The notes under the pieces: generated by a model
Databases searched by the model: none
The model's input: only the letters and a program-made list of their open reading frames with translations
What the model was told of the DNA's origin: nothing
In this document: in pieces, positions 10,485 through 23,400 of the stretch
Layout: the number at the start of each line of letters is the position of its first letter
Numbering within the stretch: position 1 is the stretch's first letter
Assembly: GCF_018977255.1 (NCBI RefSeq)
Contig: NW_024704765.1
Location: 9,300,001-9,364,000 of the forward strand
From: Callorhinchus milii
Lineage: Eukaryota
Length of the DNA: 64,000 bases
Direction of reading: 5' to 3'
Translations under genes and position numbers: made by a program

Positions 10485-12444
10485 TCAAACGCAGTATTTC
10501 CAGAAACACTCAGAGAAATTGTTGCATTTTCTATATTGTCTCTCCTCCAATCCCATCGGGAAGCTGACCTCGGACCACTGAGATCTCCTCCCGTCCAGGA
10601 TCTGTAGAGAGAGAGAGGGAAATCACATCAGTGTCAACTGCTGTTCAATGCATCTTCTCCGCTCGGTATAAGAGCAAACGACAATAACAACAGCAGCTTG
10701 AGTGAGTGAGTGAGTGTGTGTGTGGTGGGGGGGTAGTGGCAGGAGGGGGGAGCGGAGGCTGGGGGTAGTAGGGGCTGGGATCCTTTTATATTCACCTGAA
10801 TCACATCTTCACAAATTTCCCCAGGTCTGGAAAGGGCACACCCTGCTTATCTAATTTCAGAGAGAACTGGGCACAGGTTGGCAAAAGCCAAAGCTTGAGG
10901 GAATCTCAGAGTGTGTGAAGGGGCACTTGCTGGAGCTTAATCAGCTAAAACCGCTCGGTTTGTTTTGAGAGCAATGTCCAGGAAGCTTCCTGCTGCTTGT
11001 GGACTTGTTAGGGCTTTGGTTTGCAGGGTTAACAGCCACACATCTTACAAACAATGAGTCAAATAAATTTGAGTGGGGGCTTTTTTGTGGTGGGGTGAGG
11101 GTGTAAATTTAGATCTGAAGAGAGGTCTCGGAGTGTCGGGGTGGTGGGGTGTGGATTTGACCTGTGTATTATAATTATATTATTATTAGAAATATAATTA
11201 GCGCCTTGGGACATCCTCCCGATGTGAAAGGCGCTATATAAATGTAATCTTGTTGTTGTTGTTGTGTACATTCACCTCAATGAGATTTCCAGTCGGGGAG
11301 AAACTCTTCCACTTCACACCTGCTGAAAGCAGAGAAAATCAGAGAACCAAACTCAGTGAGAGTCTGGAAGCCGGAGGAGACAACAGCCCTTTGACCACAG
11401 ACATCTGTGGATTCCTACAACGTAGGTTAGAGCACTCGCCTCGCAAGCGAGAGGACCTGGATTCAATTTCCAACCGGGAATTGGGAAACCTTAGGCATTA
11501 TTCCTTACTCCACACGTCTCTGTTTACCTCTGCAATAAGTGGTGTTCCGGCGGTAATAATCCCTCCAAAAATAATTAAATAATCATTAAATCGTCTCCCA
11601 CAAAGTACACAGTCAATCCACTTTACAATGTATTCTGTGAAGTGCTTTGAGACGTCTCGAAAAACAGGGTACCAATGCAAGGATTATTATATTATTATCA
11701 CAGGAGATGAAGGATTGAGTCTGAGGTGCAAATAATACAATAATATTCCAATAATATTCCATTGTAACAAAAGTGGGGTAAAGATTCTTCTTGTTAAGGT
11801 ATAAGCACAATGCCCGTGGGTGGCCAGTAGGTGGCAGTCTTCACATAAACCAGGTTCATTCACATCAATAATTGACCCAACTTCACCCTCAAATAATAGA
11901 ACAAAGTATGGGGTTGGGGGGGGGGGAGTCTATGAAACCTACCGCTCTTGTGGTGACGTTTAGCTTCTTCTCCGGTTCTCGTCAGATCCAGAAGGCTGTT
12001 CCCAAGCAGGATTGCAGGGACGCCGTGGAGGTGGTGAGAGCTCCGCATTCCATCCCTACTCAGCGTCTCCTCACCTCTACTGAAGACTGGAACGAGAGTT
12101 ATGAGGGTGGGGATGCGGGTGGGGTGGGGAGAAGCTGGGAAGGGAGGAGGGAAAGAAAGATACAAGTTTTTTTTAATATAATAACAACAACTTGTATTTA
12201 TATCCCGCCCTTCATGTGGGATAGCGTCTCGGACCACTTGCTTAATAGCAATAATAATCCTTGCATTTTGATAAGCTGTTCCCCTTCTCTCTCCCAACCC
12301 CACCCCACCCCTCGCACTGTCGCTCTTACCTCCTCTGCTGTATTGGGAGTCGGATACAGGAAGGCAGAGGACACCGGGGCGGCAGAACAGCAACGCACCC
12401 AACAACAGCATAAGATCATAACGAGGGGAGACAGAGAGCAGCAT
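10485..12444 (-). CDS. UTS2: Prepro-urotensin II (140 aa)
   Basis: Exons are 12444-12330 (signal peptide MLLSVSPRYDLMLLLGALLFCRPGVLCLPV...), 12086-11943, 11322-11276 and 10601-10485 (ILDGRRSQWSEVSFPMGLEERQYRKCNNFSECFWKYCV*), with phases 1, 1, 0. The CFWKYCV ring preceded by an acidic residue and an NNFS extension matches shark UII (dogfish NNFSDCFWKYCV). Confidence 0.95.
11821..11838 (+). promoter_or_regulatory. CTCF-like motif
   Basis: TGGCCAGTAGGTGGCAGT is a close match to the CTCF core consensus. Confidence 0.5.
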
Positions 12445-12468
12445 GCAGACCCCAAGCGCTCAGCCCAT

Positions 12469-12494
12469 GCCTTTATATAACTGCCTTTATATAG
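12469..12494 (-). promoter_or_regulatory. Tandem TATA boxes upstream of UTS2
   Basis: The minus strand reads CTATATAAAGGCAGTTATATAAAGGC, 25-50 bp upstream of the ATG. Confidence 0.6.
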
Positions 12495-13643
12495 CTGACA
12501 CTCCCACCCCACCCCTCCACTACCACACCATCACCTCCTTACTCACAGGTTCAAGGTTAAAGGATAAAGCAGCTGTCTATTTATTGACGATCAAAACACT
12601 CGAAGTGCAAATGAGTTGCAAGACGTTGTTGTTTCGAAGCAAATTAATACATAAAAAAATCAAATTGACTTTTCTCTGTCAGGCGCTAGTTTAAGAGGAG
12701 ATTTACTGCATGTCACCTTTGTGACGCAGGCGTGATCGAGAGGTTTTGACATGAAATATGGTTATTGTGGAATTAAAAGCCATGTGTTTCATTCTCTCCT
12801 CACCATACACACACACACTCCCTTGCTGGCTTTCTCTGCTCCTCACGATAGGTTTGGAGAAGAGGTTTGGCTCAATTGTTCCTGTACTTCCTAATACCCA
12901 CTGTGCTGTCACTGACTTGGGAGTGTGGATGGACAGTGTAGAGGGAGCTTTACTCCGTCACTAACCCATGCTGTTGCTGGCACTGAACAAACTCTCTGCT
13001 GGAGTGAGTTAAACCGTGGTGACACTCTGGTTACAGTTTACTGTGGGCTCCCTTTTAAACACAACTCCTGTCTATACTACAGCAGCAATAAACATGGTTC
13101 AGGAGCTCGGGGAGGTTTTCTTTGGGATCTTCTTTATATATATAATATATATATATTGGGGATATATATTCGATCCACGACTGTTTGCGGGGACGCTGCT
13201 GTGCGCAATTGGCTGCCGCGTTTCGCCCACAAATATACGGTCAATTCACTTTACAGTCTATTCTGTGAAGCGCTTTGAGACGTCGAGAAGACATGAAAAG
13301 CGCTATATCAAATGCAAGGACTATTATTATTATTTTGTCTCTGGCAATAAAATACCCTGAAGAGAATCTATAAACCAAGCTGGAGGAAATCGAGTTTGAA
13401 ACTTAAGGAGGGAATATTGACCTTTTGCTCTGCCTTGAAATCAAGGCGCCTGGGCGTGTGTGGGTTTCAGTGACATACAGGGTGTTCACAAAGTCGTGTT
13501 ACACCCCCCCCACCCACCCCACCCCAATTCCCGTCCCAGCTGGTGTTTTTTCTTACAACTAATTAGTATTTTCTGTTCAGGGTCCGGCGCAGACCCGACC
13601 TGGGACATCTCCTGACGTGAAAGGCTCCTTACAAATGTCATTT

Positions 13644-13978
13644 GTGGAGTCCTGTAACTCAGTGGTTAGAGCACTCGCTTTGCAAGTGAGAGACCTGAGT
13701 TCAATTCCCGGCAGAGGGCGAAACCTTGGGCAAGTTTCCTTACTCCACACAGAGCCTAATAATAATCCCTCCAAAACAAAAAACAATAATAAATTGGTCA
13801 TTTTCAACCCACGACTGTTTGTGGGACATTGCTGTGCGCAATTGGCTGCCGCGTTCGCCCACAAATATACAGTCAATTCACTTTACAGTGTGTTCTGTGA
13901 AGCGCTTTGGGACGTCCTCCTGACGTGAAAAGCGCTATATCAAATGCAAGGATTATTATTATTATTATTATTATTATT
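13644..13978 (+). mobile_element. Full-length tRNA-derived SINE with Deu-like core and L2-like tail
   Basis: tRNA head with A box and B box (GAGTTCAATTCC), core gtgggacattgctgtgcgcaattggctgccgcgtt, tail gcgctatatcaaatgcaagg(att)n. Near-identical copies lie at 35088 and 37901. Confidence 0.9.
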
Positions 13979-14901
13979 TGTATTGTGATTTTTGTTACGG
14001 TAACAACCACTCTTCAATCCCACTGTCTCGCCTGCAGTGAACGCAAACAGCCACCGGGCGGCAGTGTGTCAGCCCCAAGAAACCACGAGAACTTTTCAAT
14101 CTTTCACAGTAAAAATAAATAATAATAAGTAAAAAAGGGAATCTGATGCAATCAGGAGAGGAGAGAGGGAGCGCAGTGCTGGGGGGGGGTGGAGCGATGC
14201 ATCGTCAGAGGCGCCGTCCTTCAGACGAGACGTTAAACCAAGTTCCCGTCTGCGCCCGTTCAGTTAAAGATTCGGCGATGCTGTTGGGAAAAGAGGAGGC
14301 AAATTTTCTCTCCCGGTGTCCTGGCCGACAATCCCCCAGATAGATCACCTGTTCACTTTAAGGCTGTGTGTGTGGGGGGGTGGGGGGGGGGTGGAGTTGA
14401 GGTACAGATCAGCCATGATTTAATAGAATGGCGGAACAGGCTCGAGGGGCTGAATAGCCCAGGCCTGTTCCTACATTCCTATGATCTCTGACTGTATCAA
14501 ATGCGAGAGTTATTATTATTCATCGTCTTGTCTACTGTTTCTTCCCGCCACCCCCAACCCCCCCCCCCCCCTCCCTTCCCTCTCCCCCATTAACTCACTT
14601 TGCATGTCAGACAACATGCCTGAGGTCGGGAGTTTATTTGTTCTGCTTGTGGGAATTTCTGTGCTATTTTAGCAGCGTTCCAAGCGCTCCAAATTGCATC
14701 CTGTGGGAGGGAAGGGAAAGGACGGAGGAAGGAGCGATTCCCTTGCGGCAGTGTTCCGGCACATTCCGGATGAAGCGGAGTGGTTATAATGGGAGAAGTT
14801 GATTTCCTCCGCTGGACACGTTGCTCAGCCTCAAGGGGGTTCGAGCCATGATCCCAGCAACTCCCGTTACACACCCTGAGACGACAAATCCCATCCTTCA
14901 C

Positions 14902-14932
<31 letters not shown>

Positions 14933-16419
14933 TGCGCGTGTGTCAGTAGCATGTTCGAGTGTGGAGACGGGGGAGAGGGTTGAGGGAAGAGACATCACAT
15001 GTGAGCCTCGATCCTGCACTCAGCCGATGTGTGTCCACACGGCGCTTAATAACACGCACACATGTACACATACAAGCACAAACACATGCTCACATGCAAG
15101 CACACACACATGTGTAGGCTGCCTAGGGAGACGGTGTAAGCAGGAAGTGTCGATTCTTTTAAGAACAAAGTAAATGGATTTCTGTTCGGAAACAATATCT
15201 CGGGCGGGATACCGTATATAGTTTAGTTGATGTGCAACTGACTGGATGGACCTTGGTCCTCTTTCGGCCTCAGCAAAATTTCTTATGTTTTTATCCACAT
15301 GCCCACAAACATAGGCACGCGCACACGTACTTTTAAGAGATTTTTTAATTTCCGCCAGACATTCAACAACAACAACTTGCATTTACATAGGTCCCCTCAT
15401 GCAGGGTAGAGCCCCACAGCGCTTGAGAGTGGAGGAGCACGACCCCGAGCCTGTGTGGGGGGGGGGGGGGGGGAGAAGGGGGGAAATGACCAAAGGGAGG
15501 TGGTCGAAGAGGAATGTCTTCGTTGACCAGCTCTCTGTAAACCTGGCCGCTCACCCACATACCACACGGGATGGTTGCCAGTGGGTGACAAAAAGGCTTT
15601 TGTGTGCCAGGGTTTGGCTCGCGATCCACACATACACACACCCACCCCCCACACACAAACACCCCCNNNNNNNNNNNNNNNNNNNNNNNNNNNNNNNNNN
15701 NNNNNNNNNNNNNNNNNNNNNNNNNNNNNNNNNNNNNNNNNNNNNNNNNNNNNNNNNNNNNNNNNNNNNNNNNNNNNNNNNNNNNNNNNNNNNNNNNNNN
15801 NNNNNNNNNNNGTGGAGCCAAACACACACACACACACACAGAAAAAAACAGCATAAAGAGAGAACGAGCGAATAAAGAGAAGGGAGAGAAAAGAAGGGGG
15901 GAATAAACTGAGAGAGAATAAGGCACTCAACAGCCAATGCAGTAGAGGGAGAGAATTAAGGGGAAAGTGAGTTGGAGAGATAGATAGAGGCAGCAGCTCT
16001 CTGAGAGAGTTCTGGACACTTTTTTTTGTCCACATTGTTCCACAAGTTACGACAAACTTTGGTGAGAAGCTGTGGAGTGGGGGAGACAGGGGCTGGAGTG
16101 AGACCATTTATTTCACTTTGTTCAGCTTTTTAATATAAAAAAATGCATGTTTGTGTTTGTGTTGTGGCTGTTGCATGTTTTTTGTGTCTTATTAACTTTC
16201 CTAACTTTTTTCTGACTTGGAAAGTTTTGCTCTTCTCTCTCTCTCTCTCCCCCTCTCTCTCTCAGGCTGTTCCCCCAACACAGTGAGATTCTCTCTGTCT
16301 CTCTCTCTGTCTCGTTTTTTTTAAACTTATTTTTTGAGTGGTTAAAAACGTTTTGGGGCAGTTTTGGGTGTTTTGGGGGTGAATGGCTGGGACAGACTTT
16401 TCCCATTGTCTGAATCCCG

Positions 16420-17160
16420 TGTCTCTGTTCCTTTGTATGTGTGTGTCTCTGTATCTGTATCTGTGTGTGTGTGTGTCTCTGTATCTGTGTCTCTGTATCT
16501 GTGTGTGTGTGTCTCTGTATCTGTGTATCTGTATCTGTGTGTGTGTGTGTCTCTATTTGTATCTGTGTGTGTGTGTCTCTGTATCTGTATCTGTGTCTCT
16601 GTATCTGTGTGTGTGTGTCTCTGTATCTGTGTATCTGTATCTGTGTGTGTGTGTGTCTCTATTTGTATCTGTGTGTGTGTGTCTCTGTATCTGTGTCTCT
16701 GTATCTGTGTGTGTGTGACTTTGTATCTGTATCTCTGTGTGTGTGTGTGTGTCTGTATATGTGTCTGTAACTCTGTGTGTGTGTGTCTTTGTATCTGTAT
16801 CCGTGTGTGTGTGTGTCCATATCTGTCTGTATCTCTGTATGTATCTGTGTCTGTATCTGTGTGTGTCTGTATCTGTGTCTGTATGTGTGTGTCTTTGTAT
16901 CTGTGTCTGTATCTCTGTGTGTGTGTGTGTGTGTATTTGTATCTGTGTATGTGTGTATGCATATATATATATGCGTGTATGTGTTTGTATCTACCTGTGT
17001 ATGTTTGTGCCTGTGTGTCTGTCTGTGTGTTTGTTTGTGTCTCTCTGTGTGTGTGTATATGTTTGTGTGTTCAAGTGCTCTGGGAGGCTACCCTGCCTGA
17101 GGGGTGCTATATAAATGCAAGTTGTTGTTGTTGTGTTTGTGTGTGTTTACGTGTGTGTGT
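16420..17160. repeat. Compound (TG)n/TCTGTA microsatellite array
   Basis: About 700 bp of repeated tctgtatctgtgtgtgtg-like units. Confidence 0.95.
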
Positions 17161-17411
17161 AATCGGTGTGTTGGTGCCTGAAAGGAGAGCAAGTAATGTG
17201 TAATGAATTGCACTGATTAATGACATTGAATCCCATCAGCAAATTTTTCAGGAGTTTTTAAATTCAGATTTTTTTTTTGTTGGAGTCCCAGCAGGGCTCA
17301 GGTCCCGATCCCCGCTTTAAACCTTCCTCCCGCTGCATTTTTATTTCATATTATTTTCCTTTTCTTCCAGAGTTGCTCGGAGCATGTGCGCCGAGGTTTG
17401 ACGCGAGAGCA

Positions 17412-20400
17412 ATGGCTGAGATCGCGATCGATCAGTCCCGACTGCCGCGGGTTCAGGAGGGTAAGATACAGGAAACGTTCAGCCCCGTGGGGGGAGTGCG
17501 GGGGTCATGATATTCTCAAGAACTTTCTCTTCGACTGCGCCTTGGGTCATCTTCCACCACCTGCCCCCCCGTCCCAAATACCCACACCTCTCTTGACTGC
17601 AGACCGCAGCTCGGGGCATCCTCCTGAGGCGAAGGGCACTGCGTAAATGCAATTTGTTGTTGTTGTGTTCCTATCACTGTTACCCTCAGCCCCCACCCGA
17701 AACCTCATCCCGGCGCTCTCTTCCGTGTCCCTTAATCTTTTTGCGGCTCTGTTGCTTATCCAGTTTCCATCTGAACGATTCAAGCTGCCAGCCTGCAGTC
17801 CAAGTCTCTGAGTCAGACAGATGGTTGTGGGTTCGAGCCCCACTGATTCTCCAGCGCAGTGCTGGGGGGAGAGAGTGGGGGGAGCACTGAATTGGGTGAA
17901 TTATTAAACCCAGGTCCTATCTGTGCCTCTCTAGCTCACAGTGGTCAGTCTCTAACTGTGAAGGAACTGCTCTGTCTCTTTGTCTCTGTCTCTCATTCCT
18001 TCTCTCCTTGTCTCTCCCTCACACCCCCTCGATTTTTTTCCCTCCCCCTCTATTAGGATGTGGGCAGTGTGTAATGTCTGCTTGCAAGCCACAAATTGTC
18101 GGCTGGGCACGAGTGTGACTAAATTTCCTGGTTTCCTCACAACCTCTATTTAGAAGTGTCCATCACCGCAGTGGAGGATGGAGCTGAGCCGTGCTCCACC
18201 CCAGGGATTACTTTCATGGCTCCACAACGTTTTTGACACAACAAAATCCCCCCACCCCCCTGCCCTCCACACTAGGCATTCCGTGGAAACAGGAGGAGGC
18301 CATTCAGCCCCTCGAGACCTGTTCCGACATTCTATAAAATCATGGCTGATCTGTACCTCAAGCGCTCTGGGAGGCTCCCATGCATGAGAGGCGCTATATA
18401 AATGCAAGTTGTTGTTATTTATTGCTTGCCATCTGCCTCCCCCTCCCTTTGGTTAAGTCAGAGTCTTCTTTGGGGTGGGTGGGGGGAAGCAGAAGGATAA
18501 ATTGGCTTGGTGATGCTCTGGGTGTTATGTGGTCTGACCCCTGAACGTGTCTTCTCTCTCTCTCTCTCGTGTGTGTACAGTGTGCCGGGGATTCGCGTTG
18601 CTGGAGGATGGAGCCCTGGCCCACAGTCTCCAGGAGCAGGAGAGTAAGTGAGGACCCACCTAAACCCCCCACCCCACCCCCCCACCACTCTGGTCTCAGC
18701 CACTTTGGGGGCCTGTGTGACGCAGACCGTAAGCGCTCTGTCACGTAGCGTAGCGGTTAGAGCACTTACCTCGCATGCAAGAGGATCCGGGTGCGATTCC
18801 CGGGCAGCGCAAATTCTTAGGTAAGTTTCCTTACTCCACACGCCTCTGCATACCTAGCAGTATGCACGCACCCAGCCAGTAAACGCGGGTCCCCACGTAC
18901 GAACTCGGGCAGTGACTGTCGGTGCCGTGTTGCTGTTGCAGTTGAACAACATTACGCCTCCAACGTCCAGAAGAGCCAGCTGGTGCGGCAGGACGTGCGA
19001 GTGGCCAAGATCCTACAGGACCAGGAGGAGCGCCAGGCACGGAGTCACAGCCGCGAGGAGCAGAGCAGGCAGGTCCCACTCCCCGGGGGGTGTGCGTGTG
19101 AGTAGGGTGGGTTGTTAAGCGCCCCCACCCCCCCCTATGCTCCCCTCCCTGCGACTTGAAAGACCTTCCTTTTCGACCTTGCTTATGGCCACCCCCTCCC
19201 TTCCACACACACGCAAACCCCCACCTGGCTCCCGTACGCTGCCCCATCTGAATGCCGCTGTGTAAATGCTATTTGTTTTTGACGCTGTGTCTGGGGGAGT
19301 GGTGGGGTTTGACACTGCGTTGGGGGTGGTGGTTGGGCTGTGCCGGGGAGTGGGGGGGGAAGCTGGTAGGGGGGCGTTTGATGCTGTTTCTGAGTTGGTT
19401 TGATGGTGTGCTGGGGGGGGAGGCTTGGGGTTGTGTTTGAGGGGGTAAATGGGGCATGTGCTTGTTTGAGGGGGTGATGGTGGGGGGACAATGGGGGTGG
19501 GGTGGGTGGGGAGACTGACGCTGTGTACTGAGGCGGGATGGTGTTGTGTGTGTGCGCAGGGAGGAGCAGGACTCTCAGTATGCCCGGGCCGTGCAGGAGG
19601 AGATTCACAGCCGAGCAACTGAGCGGCATCGGCGGGAGGAGGAGGACAAGGTAGGGCTGTGGAGGGTGTTGGTGGGGGGGGTGTGTCTCTCTCTCTCTCT
19701 CTCCTCACCACCCTCTCTCATCTCTGCCAACTCTGTCTGAAACGTCTCATTAAAACCAGATCAACCATTTCTCTAATGAGCTCCCCCCCACAGTGACTAG
19801 CAGATGTGGAGAAATATCACTGTGTCGAGTTGGGTTTGGTTGAGGGCCGGTCTGAGCCCTGGGATGTCTCCCAGCAAGTGAGGTGAAGTGCCTTCCCACC
19901 CCCTACCTTCTCCTCCCACCCCCACCCACCACACCGATTCCTGTGGCTGGCAGTAAATATGAGAGCTGAGTGTGGGGGGGGGGAAACGGATAAGAGGAAG
20001 GCGAAAGCTAAGCACGGTGCCAGCCTGCAAAAGGTTGCTCGGAAAAATACCCATCTTTTTGCCAAGAACAATCTGGGCTGATCCACCGTTTCCATCGAGT
20101 GCAGACAACACGCCAGTCTGTTTATATATAACACCCGCTCCAGGGCAGGTTCCTGCAGACTCCCAGCCCCGGCCAACAGCTCACACTGAGGCAAACTCTC
20201 ATCATCATAATAAGCCACGTGTTTGACACTGTGTGAGAGAGAAAAAGACGGAGCGAGCGAGACAGGGGAGGGGGAGAGAGAGAGACTGAGAAAGCCCTGC
20301 AGTGTCAGAGATGTTGTCCTTTGAGACCATCTGGGCTCCATGTCCAATGCAGGGGGGCAGGCAGGCGTGTGCACTTGCGGGCGTATGTGTGTGAGCGCGT

Positions 20401-23400
20401 GTCTGTGCGCGTGTTCCTGTGCAGGTCTGAGTGACCACGGGTTTCTCCCACCTCCTTCCCCCCCACTTCGGATTAATTACAGATGTTAAATGCGTGGCTA
20501 GACCTGGCAGAGCCCTCACGGTGCCTGACACCAGGTGCGTGTGTGTGGAGGGGGGGAGGCAAGGGATTTAATTGTCTTGGCTCCTTTACGAGCTGGTTTT
20601 ACTGCAGATGAGACGTGCGGCTGAGTCTGATTTATGGCTCGACAGTCAAGACAGAGACGGGCAGGTCTGAGACGCTCACACAGTGCAATGTGAGACAAGG
20701 TTTCACAGTTACGCTGACTTTGGCTGTTTCAACTCCCTGACCAGACAGTCCTGGATAGTGCAGCATCTTCTCCATCTCTCCTGTTTTCCTTTTTCTATTT
20801 TTTTTCTTTTTCTCTCTCTCGATTCCTCTCTTTATTTCTTTTTCTCTCTCTCTCTCTTTCTCTCACATACCATCGAAGGGCGATGGCTGTAACCTTCTCA
20901 CTTTGAAGTACGTACCCTCCCAGCTGGTAAACGTGCCTCTGATTACAGAAAATGTGCAAAACAGCCTGAGACTGAGTTAAAAAAACAGCAAACTGTTCTG
21001 ATAATTAATATTAGGGGAAAAAAAACACACACGCAGACAGTGGCTTTAATGAGCTGCAGGTTGAGGCTGAGTGTGAGGGGTCTATGGAATCAGTAGGGGA
21101 GATGGTTAGTGGCACAAGGTACTGGTTGGGGGGAGACTGACCCCCCTATCCAACCCGCTCTGATCACGCACACCCCAGAGCTCAGAATGCTCTGGGGCTC
21201 TACCCTGCATGGAGGGCGCTATATAAATGCAAGTTGTGGTTGTTGGTTTCCTCTGTGGATTCACAGCAGCTCAGACCAAAGGGTATGGGGGCGAGGGGGC
21301 TAAGGGAACGATGGGGGAGGGAGGGGTAAGGGAGAGAGAGAGACAGACACAGAGAGAGAGAGAGAGAGAGAGAAAAACGAAGGGGGAAAATTTATCCCAT
21401 CAGCCTGAGCTGGATTAAGCCTCGCTCCCCAGCAAGTGGGTGCCGTTTGGTGGTTTGAGCCCAGGCAGCTGGTGACACAGACACGGGAAAGTCGCGCACT
21501 TTACAAAGGAGTTAATTAATTTTTTTTCCTCCCACTTTCGTCCTGCCACTCCCAAACTCTCCGTCTCTGGTCTAATATTACCGCACAGCCCGGGGCTCAG
21601 TCCAGCCTGCCCTACCGCAACTCACTAAACACAGTTAATATTCCGTTCCAAAACAAAGACATGTGAGACGACTGATTTAGACGTCTCAAAGCGCTTCACA
21701 AGATACACTTGTCAAGCGGATTCACTCTATATTTTGTGGGCAAAACAAGGCAGCCAGTTGGGCACAGCAGAGTATCCCACAAAGAGTGGTGGATCAAGTG
21801 ACGAATTTGATTTCATCGTTGGCCAGGACACCGGAGAGAAACTCCCTTCTCTTTCCGATTGGGAAAAATTCCATTTGAATGAGTAGTGTCACAACGTCCA
21901 CCTGAACAGACAAACAGCGCTGTGTTCGCGCTGACAGGGTGCGCCAAGCTTGGCCGCGAGCTCAAACATCGCAGTTCCGCCTGCACGACTGCACAGACTG
22001 CACAGACTGCACATCTGCACAGACTGCACATCTGCTCACCACTGTACCATCGCACTAACCCTCCTCGCTGGGGGCAGGAACAACAAATGCCCAACAAATC
22101 CCAACAAATCCCCCACCCCACCCCCCCAAATAAAATTGGTCACTCGCTCCACGGCCGTCTGTGGGACACTGCCGCGCGCACCAGCTGCCGCGTTTCGCCC
22201 GCGAGGTGCACGTGTCAACCCCCTTTACGGCATATTCTGCGAAGGGCTGCGCGACGTCTCGGCGCCGCGGTCGGGGGCGGCTTCGGACCTCCGGGATTCT
22301 GATTGTGTGCTCTGCGTTGCTGGAGTGTGACCGGCGAAGGCTGTGGAGCGTTGGCGCCCTCCTGTGGGCAACCGCGCAGAGAGCGACGAGCTGCCCTGTC
22401 TCGCTCGGGCAGCTTCCCGGCACGGCTACCGAGCGGAGGCTCGTGTCCCACCAAAACACTAAGGGGGTGGGGGGAGGGGGGGAAGTTGCACTGTAACTCT
22501 CCGCCAACTCTCCTCTGTCTGTCCGTCTCGGTAACGAGTGACTAATTTCACGCCTCGCAATTGCAGGAAATAGCCCGCAGACTCCAGGAAGAGGAGGAGC
22601 TGCGGAGGCGGGAGGAGGAGGGGCAGGAGGATGCCCTGCCCCCGCCCGCCGAGGAGGTTCACAGTGAGCTCGGGGGCGGGGCAGGTGAGCGGTGGGGCGG
22701 GGTATGCAGGAGATGGGGTGGGGCAAGCCGGGAGGGGGTGGGTGGGGGGGGCGCGGGGACTGGGAAGGTGAGCGGGGGAGCGGGGCAAGTGAGAAGGGGG
22801 CGAGGTAGGTGGCAGAGATGGGGGCGGGGCAAGCAGGGGCGGGGCAAGTCAGTGTGGGGGTGTATGGGAGGTGGACTTGCTCAGTGTGTTTGGGCTACAG
22901 TGACCGATGACCTGTTTCTCTGGTGGGCAGGGATCGGGGCGTGGTCTCTGGAGAGGGGCACAGCCAGACTCGGGATCCGGGACCCTCAGCACGGGGAGCA
23001 GCTGCCGGAGACGGAGGGGCTGCGGGGGGACGAGGAGCTGGCCAGGCACTTACAGCAGGAGGAGGAGACACGGCTCGAACAAATGGTCCGTCCGCAAAAC
23101 CTTCCGCCCCCACCCCCCCCCACCCCCCCAGGACGAGAGCATGACTGATCGACGGGCGCGGTGGGATTGTTCGCTGTGGGGCATGTAATTTCCGCCTCTC
23201 ATTCCCAACCCACATCCACGTTTCGCCTACAAAATGCACGGTCACTCCACTTTATATTATATTCTGCGAAGCGCTTTGAGACGTCTCAACGACGTGATAA
23301 GGGGCCGCATCAAATGCAAGGAATATTATTATTATTATGGTTGTAACTGTGTAACTAATTGCCTTTTACAGCAATCACAGAGTCAGAAGAGCCGGGAAGA

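Noticed and set aside
10485-12444. Calling the urotensin gene UTS2B/URP because it lies between OSTN-like and CCDC50-like genes
   Set aside because: URP is the octapeptide ACFWKYCV directly after KR. Here the ring is preceded by NNFSE, which is UII-type, and the flanking genes are 1p36-type.
13644-13720. tRNA-Ala-like genes at SINE heads (also 35088, 37901, 28520, 62118)
   Set aside because: They run directly into a SINE body and tail and have imperfect stems, so they are SINE heads rather than tRNA genes.
14616-14630. ATGCCTGAG|gtcggg as an alternative coding first exon for the CCDC50-like gene
   Set aside because: It would be out of frame with the ATG at 17412 if spliced to the acceptor at 17370/17371, and the donor is weak.
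16342-17203. Long Cys/Val-rich and His/Thr-rich ORFs
   Set aside because: They are translations of a microsatellite.
21985-22035. Short gactgcaca tandem repeat
   Set aside because: It is a simple minisatellite without unique spacers in eukaryotic DNA, so not CRISPR-like.
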